A stretch of 64,000 nt of DNA. Origin: Rhodosorus marinus CCMP1338 (taxonomy: Eukaryota; Plantae; Rhodophyta). Under the pieces are notes generated by a model, which saw only the letters and a program-made list of their open reading frames with translations, was not told the origin of the DNA and made no database searches. The stretch spans positions 558,001 to 622,000 of the forward strand of contig JAMWBK010000006.1 of the NCBI GenBank assembly GCA_029953675.1, given 5' to 3'. Shown here piece by piece: positions 1-11,728 of the stretch (position 1 is its first letter; each line of letters starts with the position of its first letter). The translations under genes were made by a program, and so were the position numbers.

Positions 1-672
1 ACTCTGGGCGCTTTCAGCAAAGGAAAGACTGGGTGGAGGACCTGTTACGTGAGGAGCATCACAGCGAACAGTCCGCCAGCTCGGGCTTTTCGGGTGTGTG
101 ACGATCATAAGAGAAGTCTTTTGCTGCGGACATAATGGTTACTAAGATTCAGTTCTACCCGTGCAATGGGAGCATCAAAGCTGACTCATACAAACTTCGA
201 CATTGAACTTGTTTTCTTGTTTTTTCCATTGTTTCGAGAGGTCCGTAATTTAAGGTAACTTGAAGTTCTTATTTTGAGCTATGGATTCTTATTTTATCCT
301 TTTTGTATATTTATTCGTGCTCTGCGTATTTATAGTATATTTTGGTTCTGACGGGGAATGTTTGGGGCTTACTTTACTCTAGGCTATTTTCACCCCAATT
401 GAAATATCCCGTTTTTATTTTGACAAAAGTGTATCTCACGTGATATCTGCCAAATTCCACGCACTTACAAACTTACACCCAATTCCGGTTAAATGAGATG
501 TAGAATTTACAATGTATTATGGTTGATTTCGGAAATAGATACACCAATTGTCCAATCTTGTGCTCCGATGTCACACGAGAGCAAGTAAAATCTAATTTTT
601 AGGCTGTATTGTTATTTTTAATACTTATATAATTTACCATGTCCAATGAGACGTAAATATCATAAATTTGTG

Positions 673-1150
673 GATTCGATGATTGAAGTGATTGAGGGTG
701 ACCTAGAGCATTGATTTTCCCTACTTTCTGAGTGGCGATCATCAAGCTTGGAGTTGGATTGGGGAGGTCATAGACGAAAGCATGGACATGTATGCGTTCC
801 AGGGACTATTGCTGTGTGATAGTAGAGACGCTCAGAGGTATAAGCACTGATAGACTCAAGGACATGTAACATTTTTTGATCGAGCGTTTCAAGGCACGGT
901 TATACAAGTCGCTTATGGAATTTAGAAAGCTGAGATTATCCGGTTCCGGGAGCATTCTCCGGGGGGATGGCTAAAGCACATGTACTGGGAATTTATGTGC
1001 GAACTAGGGGTAACCCCCTGCATTCCAAGGTTTCTAGCTACGTCAGAGTAATGGAATAGTGCCTGATCCTGGTGATCGGCAGGTAGCGCCAATGTGCAAT
1101 ATCAGCACTGTCCTACAAAGGCTTTGGTTGAGCTGCTCGTAGGCATCGGC
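673..1150 (+). pseudogene. Possible decayed Ty3/Gypsy-type aspartic protease relic
   Basis: One + frame, broken by in-frame stops, reads HVCVPGTIAV***RRSEV*ALIDSRTCNIF* (ALIDSRTCNIF at 844-876), resembling the retropepsin motif ALxDSGAxxNF. No LTRs, RT or intact ORF seen. Confidence 0.3.
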
Positions 1151-1758
1151 AAAAGCTCCTTTTCATCGTTCAGAAAATGGTAGCATCTACCCCTGGATAA
1201 TTCTTCTGCTGGTATTCCCAGCCCCTAGAAAGGCCCAATACAAATGGCTACCCGATAACAACTGGAACGGATCATGTTCAGCCGCTCTGCCCTTCTACAG
1301 CAGCTCTACTCCTAACACACAAGAGATCTACCATTCAACAGCAGCTCTACGCTTCTACAGAACACATTCGACTTTGTTCGACATTGTCAGAGATCGGTAC
1401 TCCAAGAGCTTCTAGTGGATGGAAGCGGACCAGCATCGAGCACCTTGACGGATGCCCTAGACTCAATCAACCGCGACTAGGTTGCTCTTCACTGGCGTTG
1501 TAGTTCAAGGCCTTCATGCTCAAATCCAATAGTAACTTGTGAAGTGGACTAAACAGCCCTCAACACGTGTCTCGCGACGGCTTCTTCAACGTGCAAGTCG
1601 TCGTTTTTAGTGATGGTATGCAAACTGCTACAGAATCAGTTGTCCAAAATGGGCAACCGATCTTTGCTTCTGCGCACAGCAGGGGTAGCTACTTTTGATC
1701 AATCGAGTGGAACAGCTACACTTTTGAGCACCAGGACGTACGAAAACTAGCCAATGGG

Positions 1759-3051
1759 ATGATGAAGAGAAAGTACCAGACAACTATGGAGTCATTCATC
1801 AAGACCGCTGCCAACAGTGACGAGGGTTTAGAGGAGTACAATTTGAAGTGGAGTCGTGATGACGACGTCCTCTGGGCAGCTACGAAGAACTTTTCTCTCA
1901 AGGAGGAAGAAAAGGAACTAAAAGTTGCGGCTTATGATTTAGATGGAACCATAATAGGTACCAAATCTGGAAAAGCTGTTGGAAAGCATGCTCACGACTG
2001 GAGGCTTTACGCGCATTTAGTACCGGAGAAACTAGTTAAGGAGACCGACAGAGGCTTCGTCATATGCATATTCACGAACCAAGCTGGCATCAAGTCGAAT
2101 TATACGCCCGAAGGAATGATTCGGGTAAAGTTCCAACAAGTCATAAGAAAACTGGCTGTCCCGTGCGCTATTTTCGTATCGTGCACCTATGGCTATAGTC
2201 GCAAGCCGTCAACAGGAATGTGGAAAACGTTCCTTCGCAGCGTCTCTAATGGCAAATCTATTGCCTCCAGTAGCTTCTTCGTCGGAGATGCTGCGGGGAG
2301 ACAAAAGGATTTCTCCGATTCTGACCGAAAATTTGCACGTAACTGTAACCTCGACTTTTACACTCCTGAAGAGTATTTTTATGGAGACCAGGACAACTCT
2401 GTTCGAGATCTGCCCCTCAAGGGAATTGACTTCAAGGCTATGCTGGTGAAGGAGCCAACGTCACTGTTGGATCCACCGAACGCCCTCGATTCGCTGAAGG
2501 CAGGAGAGCAACAGATGATTATCCTGATCGGCTATCCGGGAGCTGGAAAGAGCACATTCTCTGAGGCACACCTCACTCCTCTGGGGGTTGTTCGGATCAA
2601 CATGGACACTCTGGGGACAAAAGCAAAGTGCTTCTCCCTAGCTCAAACTTCGCTCGCCGAAGGTCGCAGTGTGGTCATCGATAACACAAATCCCAGACCT
2701 GATTCTCGTGGGCCTTTCATAGATATTGCCAAGGCCCGAAACATTCCAGCGAGGTATAGTCAGTTTACTGGGAGCTAGCTGGAAGTATACGTGAAGACTG
2801 ATCCAAGTCCTTTTCTGAATTCATCTAACAGGGCATTTCACTTCCAGGCCAGCAAGGACTTTGCGATGCACATGAGCGCAGTTCGACGCAACCAAGGTGG
2901 TAGAATGATCCCACCGCAAGCTTACGCGCTTTACAACAATGGGTTTCGGAAGCCACAGCTTGAGGAAGGTTTCTTGGACATTGTCAGCGTCGGATTTGTA
3001 CCTGTGTTCAAGGATGAGGCTCACAAGCAAGCTTTCCTCGAGTGCACGTGA
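1759..3051 (+). CDS. PNKP: Polynucleotide 5'-kinase/3'-phosphatase (2 exons; intron 2754-2831)
   Basis: HAD motifs YDLDGT, FTNQ, RKPSTGM and FVGDAAGR..FSDSD, then P-loop GYPGAGKST and VIDNTN. Intron gtatag..ctaacag joins the ORFs in frame. Start codon uncertain; no FHA domain seen. Confidence 0.9.
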
Positions 3052-4234
3052 TCTTCACAGTTCACTGACTTCAGGGCAGTGAATCTAGGGTTGCACGAAG
3101 GTAGCAAAGTGCTCTACCAACGCGGTTTGTGGATGTACCTGCTTCTGCTTGACTTCTTGAAAGAAGGCGAACGGGAAGCAGCTTCGACTCGGTTTGTACG
3201 TCCCGTACGGCTTCCCTAGACTTGTAAATTATTGTAAAAAGACGAGATGGCAGAGATGACAGAATTCTTTTGATGTTCTGGGAGTCATGCTGGTGTTACA
3301 GCAAGTGCCGACTCTGATCTAATGAGCACAGTTTCAATAACCTGCCTCGAGCAGATCAATGAACTCCCCGCTTCTCGAATTTTACCTCTCGTGGTTCGCG
3401 GGTGCCGCGCACTTGTTCCAAAGCTATAGGGAAGATAGGAAGCGTTTATTCTCAGCACAAACCGCTCGGGCTCGGGTGAGCTTGATAGGGACATTTTTCA
3501 GGGTGGACTGACCAGCATTCTCCTCCAAAGCTCCTCCAGTGAGACCCATACTCCTCCTGACTTGTGAAAACGAGGACATACCACCCATCCGTGGACTGAC
3601 CTATGCAAAATCTAATACGGGCATTCTTGTGCGGAGGCAATCCAGGCTCAAAGCGTCAACACTCATTCCTAAAATATCCGTCACAAGTCCGACCAAAAAA
3701 ATTAACAAAGCTTAAATAACGCATATTTTCGTCCGAAGAACGTTAAGTTCATAAATTAATGCAAAACTATGCCTGGACAATAGACTTTTTCCCAAGTTTT
3801 AAAATATTTTAGAAATACTCATTTTTGTACTTCCCCTGAAAGAAAACGCCGTCGTCGACGGAGACAAATTTTCTTCCTCAAATCGAAAACGACAAAAATT
3901 CCAGCCATTTTAGAGGGGGGATAAATAGCTGCACCCTGGAAACTATGAGAAGAAGCTAACCTCCCTAGACTCAATCTTGTCTTTCTCAAAAATCACCCCC
4001 AGAATTTAACAAGAACGAAATATGTCAAATTTTTTTTCGAAGACAGCGTAGACCCTTAGCTGGTCCAAATTCCTGAAGAAGAGGAAAACAGCAGGGGTTA
4101 TCTGCTGAGGGGATGAGAGAACATTATTTCGGAGTAAGAATGGAGTATCAATCAAAACCAAACAAGAATGAATATTATTCTTAAATAAAAAGATCTATCA
4201 ATCATTAAACGATTACAGTGATTGACTCTTGACG

Positions 4235-4281
4235 TATGACGTCGGGAGTTGGGAATTTGCTCACGTCGATAATCGACGGCC
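4235..4281 (+). promoter_or_regulatory. Candidate ribosomal-protein promoter module (TATGACGTC 4235-4243; TCGACGGCC 4273-4281)
   Basis: The same two 9-mers occur in the same order and orientation upstream of RPS14 (54271, 54286); the TCGACGGCC copy starts 181 bp before the RPL35 ATG. Confidence 0.5.
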
Positions 4282-4453
4282 TTGTGGCCTTCGCGATTCT
4301 TCTTCAACGGGGAAGATTGGGTCAGGTTCCTCTAGATGCGTGAAGGGTGGAGTAGTGGGGAGGTGAATAAGGCTGCGGGATAGTTGAGGAGTAGAATCGA
4401 GGAGGTTGAATTGGAACGGTGTGGTTTCCGAGTGGGACAAGAAAGTTTGAGTT

Positions 4454-5364
4454 ATGGGTGAGTGTTTCCTTTAGTCTTCTACTTTGGTTTCAGTTTCGGA
4501 GTTTGGAAGGGGTGTGGTCTTTTTTTTTGCGGTTGAGTCCGCTAAGGAGAGCAGAAACGGAGCGAGCGCAGATAGAATTTTTTGTGCGGTTTTAGCTAAG
4601 TGTATTTGCTGAAGGTTGCGCTTTCTTGGTCTTGTGTTCTCTCGTTTGTGTCTTTGGGGTTGCTGCATCTTTGCCTCCTGTTTTTTGTTATTGATCCCGA
4701 GTAGCCAAGGTCAAGACTTATGAGCTCCGAACTAAGAGCAAGGCTGACCTTATGAGACAGCTGGTAAGTGAGCATGCACGCCTGAACTGTGATAAGCGAT
4801 GACCATTTTAGCATTCGTGTAGAGCGCTCGCGCGGTTTTAGCATTCGTGTAGAGCGCTCGCGCGGAAGGTTTCTATTTGTTCGTTCCCTTGAAGGAACAG
4901 CGGCTTAAGCGTTTCGATCGTCACTAGCGAATTTGACGCTCACAAAAGTTTGTGAATGATTTTATAGGAGGATCTGAAGACTGAGCTTTCTCAGCTGCGA
5001 GTCGACAAAGTGAACTCCGGCACACCGGCAAAGTTGACGAAGATGTAAGTTGTCATTGCCTGTGTGTATCTGGTAGATGTGATTGGTACTTCTTTTATCT
5101 AACTGAATGTTTTTGGCCACGTACATGAGTAGTAAGGAAGTGAGAAAGTCAATTGCTCGAGTTTCAACCGTCATCTCACAAACCCAGCGTCAGCAGGTTG
5201 CGCTTTTGTATGCCAACAAGAAGTACAAGCCACTTGATCTTCGAGCAAAGAAGACTAGAGCGATCCGTAGGCAACTTACAAAGTATGAGAAGAGCAGAAA
5301 ATCCCAGAAGGAGATTAAGAAGCAGACACATTTTGCTCCTCGCAAGTATGCCATCAAAGCCTAG
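4454..5364 (+). CDS. RPL35: 60S ribosomal protein L35 (uL29); exons 4454-4457, 4705-4763, 4968-5044, 5133-5364
   Basis: Spliced product [75 protein letters not shown]; all introns GT-AG and in frame. Confidence 0.95.
4806..4865. repeat. Exact 30-bp tandem duplication in RPL35 intron 2
   Basis: ttttagcattcgtgtagagcgctcgcgcgg at 4806-4835 and again at 4836-4865. Confidence 0.97.
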
Positions 5365-6115
5365 ACCTGGATCCCCCTCTAACCAAGAGTATATCTTTTT
5401 AAGAACTGTTCGTAAATCGAGTGTTTGTTTTATCGCGATTTGATCTTCTCTTGCGTGGCCTCGACCATGGTTTGGCCATGACCCCCCTCGCGGAATCTAC
5501 GACTTCAGAGCTGTCCCCATAAGTGAGTCTACGCTGGATAAACTTGCACACCAGGGCAATAGCTACCTCAGGTCCGACCTACATTCCAACGGCAATAGTC
5601 CTAATCGCTGGCAAGGGTCCAGTCCAGCCCAAGTTGGCGGACGTTGCAACGTGTTGAAAGGGCTGTGAAAGGAACCCTTATGCACCTAGGAGATGCCAGG
5701 TCACAGGCAAAATGCCCGATAAACCACAGGGCGCCTTCCAAAGATTCACTATGGTGAACATCAACTATTCGGATAGAATCACCTCAGGAGGGCTTCCCCG
5801 CCAAGAGCCTGAACACCAAGTGCCACGAACCCTCAATTTAAAAGTCAGCACGACAGCAGCCAACAATGGTTAGAAATAGATGATTTTAGTCTACATTTGT
5901 ACTGTCACTCTGAAATTATGAAATAAATATTTGGAAGATTCTTAATATAGGACATATGAATATTTTTAGATCAATTGTTTCTTTTATCAGTCGTCTGTGA
6001 TGGAGATTCGTCATGGTAAGAGGGAAGAGAGGGGCTGGGAGTTTATTCGATTCACTTTGAAGTACAGAAACAGCTATATGAAGATCCCTTTGGAAAGAAA
6101 GTTGGAGTACTGAGG

Positions 6116-6929
6116 ATGGCAGTGAACGTGAACTTGGTCAGGGGACCTACGCCGAGGAATCGGAACGGGAACGTGCTGATTCCCCAGCCTTACGATCAGG
6201 AGTTGTTCATTCTGAGGAGGGACGATATGGAGCTGGAGCTTAAGGATGAAACGGGAACCCTCGTACCAGCCTTGAAGGGATCGATGCACATGACTAACGT
6301 GAGAATGGCTTTCGTCATCGCTGAGAAGTATTTGAACCGGACGAGGTATAGATCAGTGGAAATTCCTTTCCGTGGAATTGAGAATGAGGCTCTGAACCAG
6401 CCTTTGCTAGGAGCAAATAATCTTTCCGGTACTGTCATTCCTTATGATGGAGAGCCGTTTATTGGTATGTAGCGAGGAAGCGAAGCGTGGTTTAATTCTT
6501 AACCCTGAGATCGATTGTATCCTAACTCCGTTGCCGCCACACTGAGCTGACTCGTAGTTCGAACGTTTAGGCACTGTGAAATTCAAACTATATTTCAAGA
6601 ATGGTGGACTCGGTACTTTCCTACCAAGGTTCAATCATGTCCTTGGGTCATCTAGGATATACAATCGAGAACTGCGCAGACGCCAGAGAGAAGAAGAGCA
6701 ACGCAGGCAGGACGAGATGTTTAGACGCCAAGAACAACAATGGAACCAAGGGAGTATGGCAGCACCTCCGCCAGCACCAGGCGGTCCTCCACCAGTCTGG
6801 TACGGGGTGAACTACAGTGCAGACCAGTTTCACGCAATATATGATCCAAGCGATCCTTCAGAAGTCTATATTGTGCAACCGGAGACCCAGCGGCGAAACG
6901 CACCTCCAGATTATAACTCACTGGATTAA
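6116..6929 (+). CDS. WBP2-like PH-GRAM domain protein with Pro-rich PPxY tail (intron 6465-6570)
   Basis: N-terminal beta-rich domain (GSMHMTNVRMAFV..SVEIPF..QPLLGANNLSGTV..FKLYFKNGGLGTF) typical of the WBP2 family; tail AAPPPAPGGPPP..APPDYNSLD. Confidence 0.75.
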
Positions 6930-7737
6930 GCGAGCAAGTTTTGCGGCCCTGTCCGATGCTGGGAATCACCAGGAACCGCGACCACAAGAGTGTGCGAAAG
7001 GATTTCCTATGGATCGGAAGAGTTTCGAAATGAAGCGTTGTTTCTGCTTATGATGGTCTTTCCGCCTAAGCGCGTCACCTCTTTTCGGCGTGAATAGTTC
7101 TGAAAGAAGCTCGAGGAGGGTGTGCCCCAGCAGAGTTGGTCAGTGCCAAGAAGAGGCCCGAAGTCAACCTCTCCGGCGACATCAGCGTGAACTACAAAGC
7201 GCGGACCCAGGGGCAAATCGCGGAACTACAATGAATCGTTCACAGAGTCATCACAGCATATAGCATGTGCAAGTGGAATTCGGGCGTCAGCACAATGTTG
7301 AGGGCACTTGCTCTAGTACCGTAGGTGAGCCGGCGTCCGATCGAACATCTGCCGCTCGTTTATGGAACTAAAGGAGGGCCGTTCACCTCCCCGACGTGCT
7401 TTCGACGGACCACGGTACGTCTCTGCAGCAGAGCTGCACAGCTGTTGAGGTTTGTCTATTTGTTCTGTATTATTGTCTGAGCGGTACTGATGGAACCGGC
7501 CTTAGCTCAACTCGGATGTGCTATGCATGGCTTTCGAGTTTTTGCCTTGTCGTTTTCCAGTCAAACGAGTTTCATATCAATTCTGATATCTGGAGAATTG
7601 CCTCTGACGGTAAAACTGCAAAAGAACAACGTCACGTGTGACAGATCTACGGCTTGAAAACCCTCAAACTTCCACACCGACCTCAAATCTAGCGGTCCTC
7701 TTCCAGATTCAGTTCCTTGCCTGTTGCATGATCATGT

Positions 7738-8802
7738 TCACCACGCTGCGAGGAGATCGCTTGCGCGAAGGAACACATACTCATTATCCCTGTCGAACGC
7801 AAGCTTTGTTCCAACGTAGTCTCCCCAAAGAACACTTTGCCCAGACGACACGGGCATCTCCTCATACTCACCGTTCTCAAGGGCTCTTCCAGGACCGGTA
7901 GACATAACCTACAGACACGACGTTGTTCGAGAAAATAGCTCCTGAGCACGTTCGTCCTAGAAGAAAGTTGAGCCTGAGCTATAACGATACCTCTCCCATA
8001 TTCTTTGATTCACTAGCTCCCGGGGCAATCATAATACCACTTGCGGTCTGATCCATCTTCTTCGCGACCTTAACAAAAACTTTGTCAAACAAGGGCTCGA
8101 CATTCTCCGGCTTGTAATCCCCTTCCTTCAATTTGCAGAGGAGATCGAACTGATCCACGAAGATATGCTTGGAGTTATCATAGGTAACCTCCAAACCCCC
8201 AAATCTTCCGAAGACCACGCTATCGCCCGGCTTTACTACCATCGGCATTTTTATTCCCGTAAGACGATAGCTTCCACCATCCCCAGTAGCTAAAACAGTT
8301 CCAAAGTTTGGCTTTTCCTTGGCCACATCTGCCAACACCAGTCCACCCTCTGTGCTGTCGGGAGCTGCTGCACGCTTTGCAAACACGTAGTTCCTAATCG
8401 GAACAGGCGTGCCGGTGATCTTTCTACCTTGAAGTTCGTGCTGAGCACCAGGAAACGAAAATGGTTAGAAAACTGAACTGAGACACACTAGAAAGCGTAG
8501 AGCGCGTTCCCGGGTTCTTTTGTTCACGGCAGAATCGAATCGCGCAGAGCGCGAGTGTCCGTCCTCACCTCATCGGATGCCATTCTGACCACAGCCTTCC
8601 GGCTCGTGTGGGGCACCGTGACACTCTTATCAACAGCATCTACAAAAACGAAAAAACATCGCCCGCCAAAAAAAAATCAGCCTAACCCAGCACTCAAAAG
8701 ACCTCTCAACCGCGCTGTCCAAACAGGAAAAAAATTCTAAATCGATAGCGTACCTCCTCGAAGAGATCTGCTCCACCCCACAGAACTCACGAACCCAGCC
8801 AT
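7738..8802 (-). CDS. CPN20: Plastid co-chaperonin CPN20 (two GroES domains); exons 8802-8754, 8639-8569, 8440-7991, 7908-7738
   Basis: Transit peptide MAGFVSSVGWSRSLRG..RKAVVRM, then two GroES repeats (PIRNYVFAKR..STEGGLVL..GTVLATGDG and EPLFDKVFVK..TASGIMI..VMSTGPG..DLLAAW*). Splice sites keep frame. Confidence 0.92.
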
Positions 8803-9128
8803 TCTTTCTGCCTAGAACTGTGCTCTGAAAATTGATTCCTTCCTGTGAAAAGGTTCTGATCCTTGAATCACTTCTCAAAAAAAAAAAAAACACACCCCAA
8901 AAGTCACGTATAGTCATAGTCCTCTGCCCACCCTCCCCAAAACACTACCTATCACATCCCCAATGGCAATCCTACAAAAATACCCCATTTCCTAACCAAC
9001 TAGAGAGATCCCATCTCCGCCAACTTTTCACGACCGGGCACGCCTTCCCCTTTCTCAAAATCTAAGAAGCAAATATTGACAAAAACAATTCTCCATAAAT
9101 GCCCCCAAAAAAGCAAATAAACGCTTGT

Positions 9129-9137
9129 TCGACGGCC
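9129..9137 (+). promoter_or_regulatory. TCGACGGCC motif in the CPN20/SmD3 divergent promoter
   Basis: Exact copy of the 9-mer seen upstream of RPL35, RPS14 and (reverse strand) eIF3e. Confidence 0.35.
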
Positions 9138-9933
9138 GGGAGGAAAACCATTAAATACTTAAACCACGACACAATAAGCAGCAAGTTAGCCCCCAATAAA
9201 ACTACATAAAAATAATTTATTTATCAAGCATATGGGTCAAATATCATATAATCCACTGTTTCCCGATGTGAATACTGCACAAAAATGACTATTTATCGAA
9301 TATCTAACTCACGTTTTATCTTTTTAATAGCTTTTACTCCATCTCCCGCTTAAGTTAGATTGAACTTAGTCTAGATTACGATAAAGGAAGCTTTTAATTC
9401 AACATAATACAACTTCATATCTATATTATGATATTTATGGAGAATAAATATCATAAAGTAGATTTTGATCAAATATTATTGTTTTAAGATAAAAATCGGG
9501 CTTCGTGTACCAATAATGACTGATAAAGAGCATATACATTTAGTAATTGGTTTAAAAGATTAATTTCGATTGATATTTTTGATTTTTATTTGAATATTGG
9601 ATTAGATGAAAATGGTCGATGACAGTGTCATGGGCGATTGATGGGGAAAGGCTCGTTGAGTTGGTGGGAGGGAATGCTTGGATAAGGACTTGAGGATGGT
9701 GGATTGGGATGAGATGGAAAAGTTTCAGACAAGCTGAGAGGTGTATTTAGGAACGTTAGTCTGGGGTTATGATTGTGTAGGATTGAATAGTTACTTTGAC
9801 TTATTGATCTTGTTCTTCACACGCGTGTTTTTGAGTTGATAGGAGCAGGGAAGCGGGGGGGAGGGGACGGCGATTTTTGGTGTGCGGCGTGTGTGTGTAT
9901 GTGTGCGAGCTTTGATTGATATTGTGTAGTATT

Positions 9934-10401
9934 ATGTCGATCGGAATCCCGATTAAGCTTCTACATGAAGCTGTGAGTCATGTTGTCACATTGGAGACCA
10001 AGGCTGGTGACCTTTATCGTGGAAAGCTTGCTTCGGCGGAGGACAACATGAATGTTCAAGTGAGACATGCGACTTGTACGCGAAGGGATGGAAAAGTGAC
10101 CACGCTTGAGCACGTTTTTATTCGAGGGAGTAAGATCCGGTTCATGATCTTTCCGGATATGTTGGAAAATGCGCCTATGTTCGAGAGGTTGAAGGCGTTG
10201 AAGGAAGGAAAGGCCACAGCAAGAGGTCTAGGAAGAGGCCGTGGATTTGGACCCAGTTTCAGTAGTAGAGGTACGCACATCTTTCACCAGGCGGATTGAG
10301 CTTGTCGAACAGGTCTCATCTGGGACTAATCTGTTGGTTTTGGAAACATCACAGGTCGTGGAGGGCGAGGCCGAGGACGGGGCAGAGGCGGCCCGAGATA
10401 G
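9934..10401 (+). CDS. SNRPD3: Small nuclear ribonucleoprotein Sm D3 (intron 10271-10354)
   Basis: [58 protein letters not shown] and a C-terminal RG-rich tail completed by splicing. Confidence 0.95.
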
Positions 10402-11728
10402 ATCATCTATTTACTTCTGGAAGAGCATCGTGAGTGGCTTGATAACCCTCGTCAATTAGGACAGCTTGCGGGTTCCAAGTGGGAGGAGTGAACTTTTTCT
10501 TGCTTACTGTAGCCCAAATGAGCTTTAGGGAGAGGTGATTACTTGTACAATTCGTCCCTAGGAATTGGTGCAATCTCTTTTTTTTGGTTTTCGTTACATG
10601 ACGCGTTTGTACTAGCCTTCTGATGGAGTCATGATAAGCGCGAAAAAGCTCTCAAGGAAATTTGCCCGAGCATGTCATACGTTGCAAATTTAGTAACGTA
10701 AGTTCAGACTAGTAAAGAAACTCACTGTTAGGGGTCGACCTGCGCTTGGTTGTCGATATTCTGTTGGTTTCCTTTGGTGCAGGGACGGAGTGTCTGATGG
10801 CACGATTGCAAGGCCGAATTGATTGCGAGAATTCTATTCTTGTCGCGTTTGCATCCTCTCATCGGTAAGGCTACTGCTGCTGTTAGGCCTCGGACGCGCA
10901 CTGAGGGCATTGAAAGATGTTTCGAACACTGAGGTGGATCGAGAAGATCAAATTCAGATCAAACGGACTTCGATTCCTCGATTCGACTACGAAAGGCTTC
11001 GATTCCTTTCCCTTTAGGTGGCGGTTGATCGTTTCGGGCAGAGGTCATCGGTGAAAACTTAATATATGAGCTGACAATTACTCACCTCGGCAAGAACAAA
11101 TCCGATCTTTCCGCCACTCTTCCCGCAGCGCGCGTGGGAGACCTCATAAAAGAAGCCGCACATCTTGAGTTCTTGGCCATGGGCAACCTCGGAAAGCTTC
11201 TGAGATGTACGTATCAAGTGGCTTCATAGGGAAACCCTTTCAGTCGAGTTCTGCTTGTACGTTTCCACAACCTGGAAAGAACTTTCGGTTCATTACGAGG
11301 AGGATTGGCTTTCCCGCACTAGCGTGACAGAGGGTCGCGGGATCTGCAGCATCCTACTCTGAAGAAGGAGCTACCGGGACACCTCCGCTCCAAGGACGCT
11401 GCACAGCGTGTTCGACAGTTGTAGTCATGTAGACTCTCCCAAGTGCACCAACAGAGCCTTCACTTTGAAGTGCTCATGTTTACTTGCATTGGTCCGCTGT
11501 CGGCGAGAGGGATCGATACGAAAGCTCGTCGATCATATCCAAACGACAATATCGAACCTCACTGCGCTCAAGTCGTAGTGTGGGCTAAAAAAGAGAAAAC
11601 TCAAGTCGCATCGCTTAATTCCAGTTCCAGTGATTTAATCCTATACACAACATCGTAATCGGTGCATCTATAACAACAATAAAAACAAAGAGGGCTACGG
11701 TTATGGCCGGTTTAGCCCTTCTATCCTC

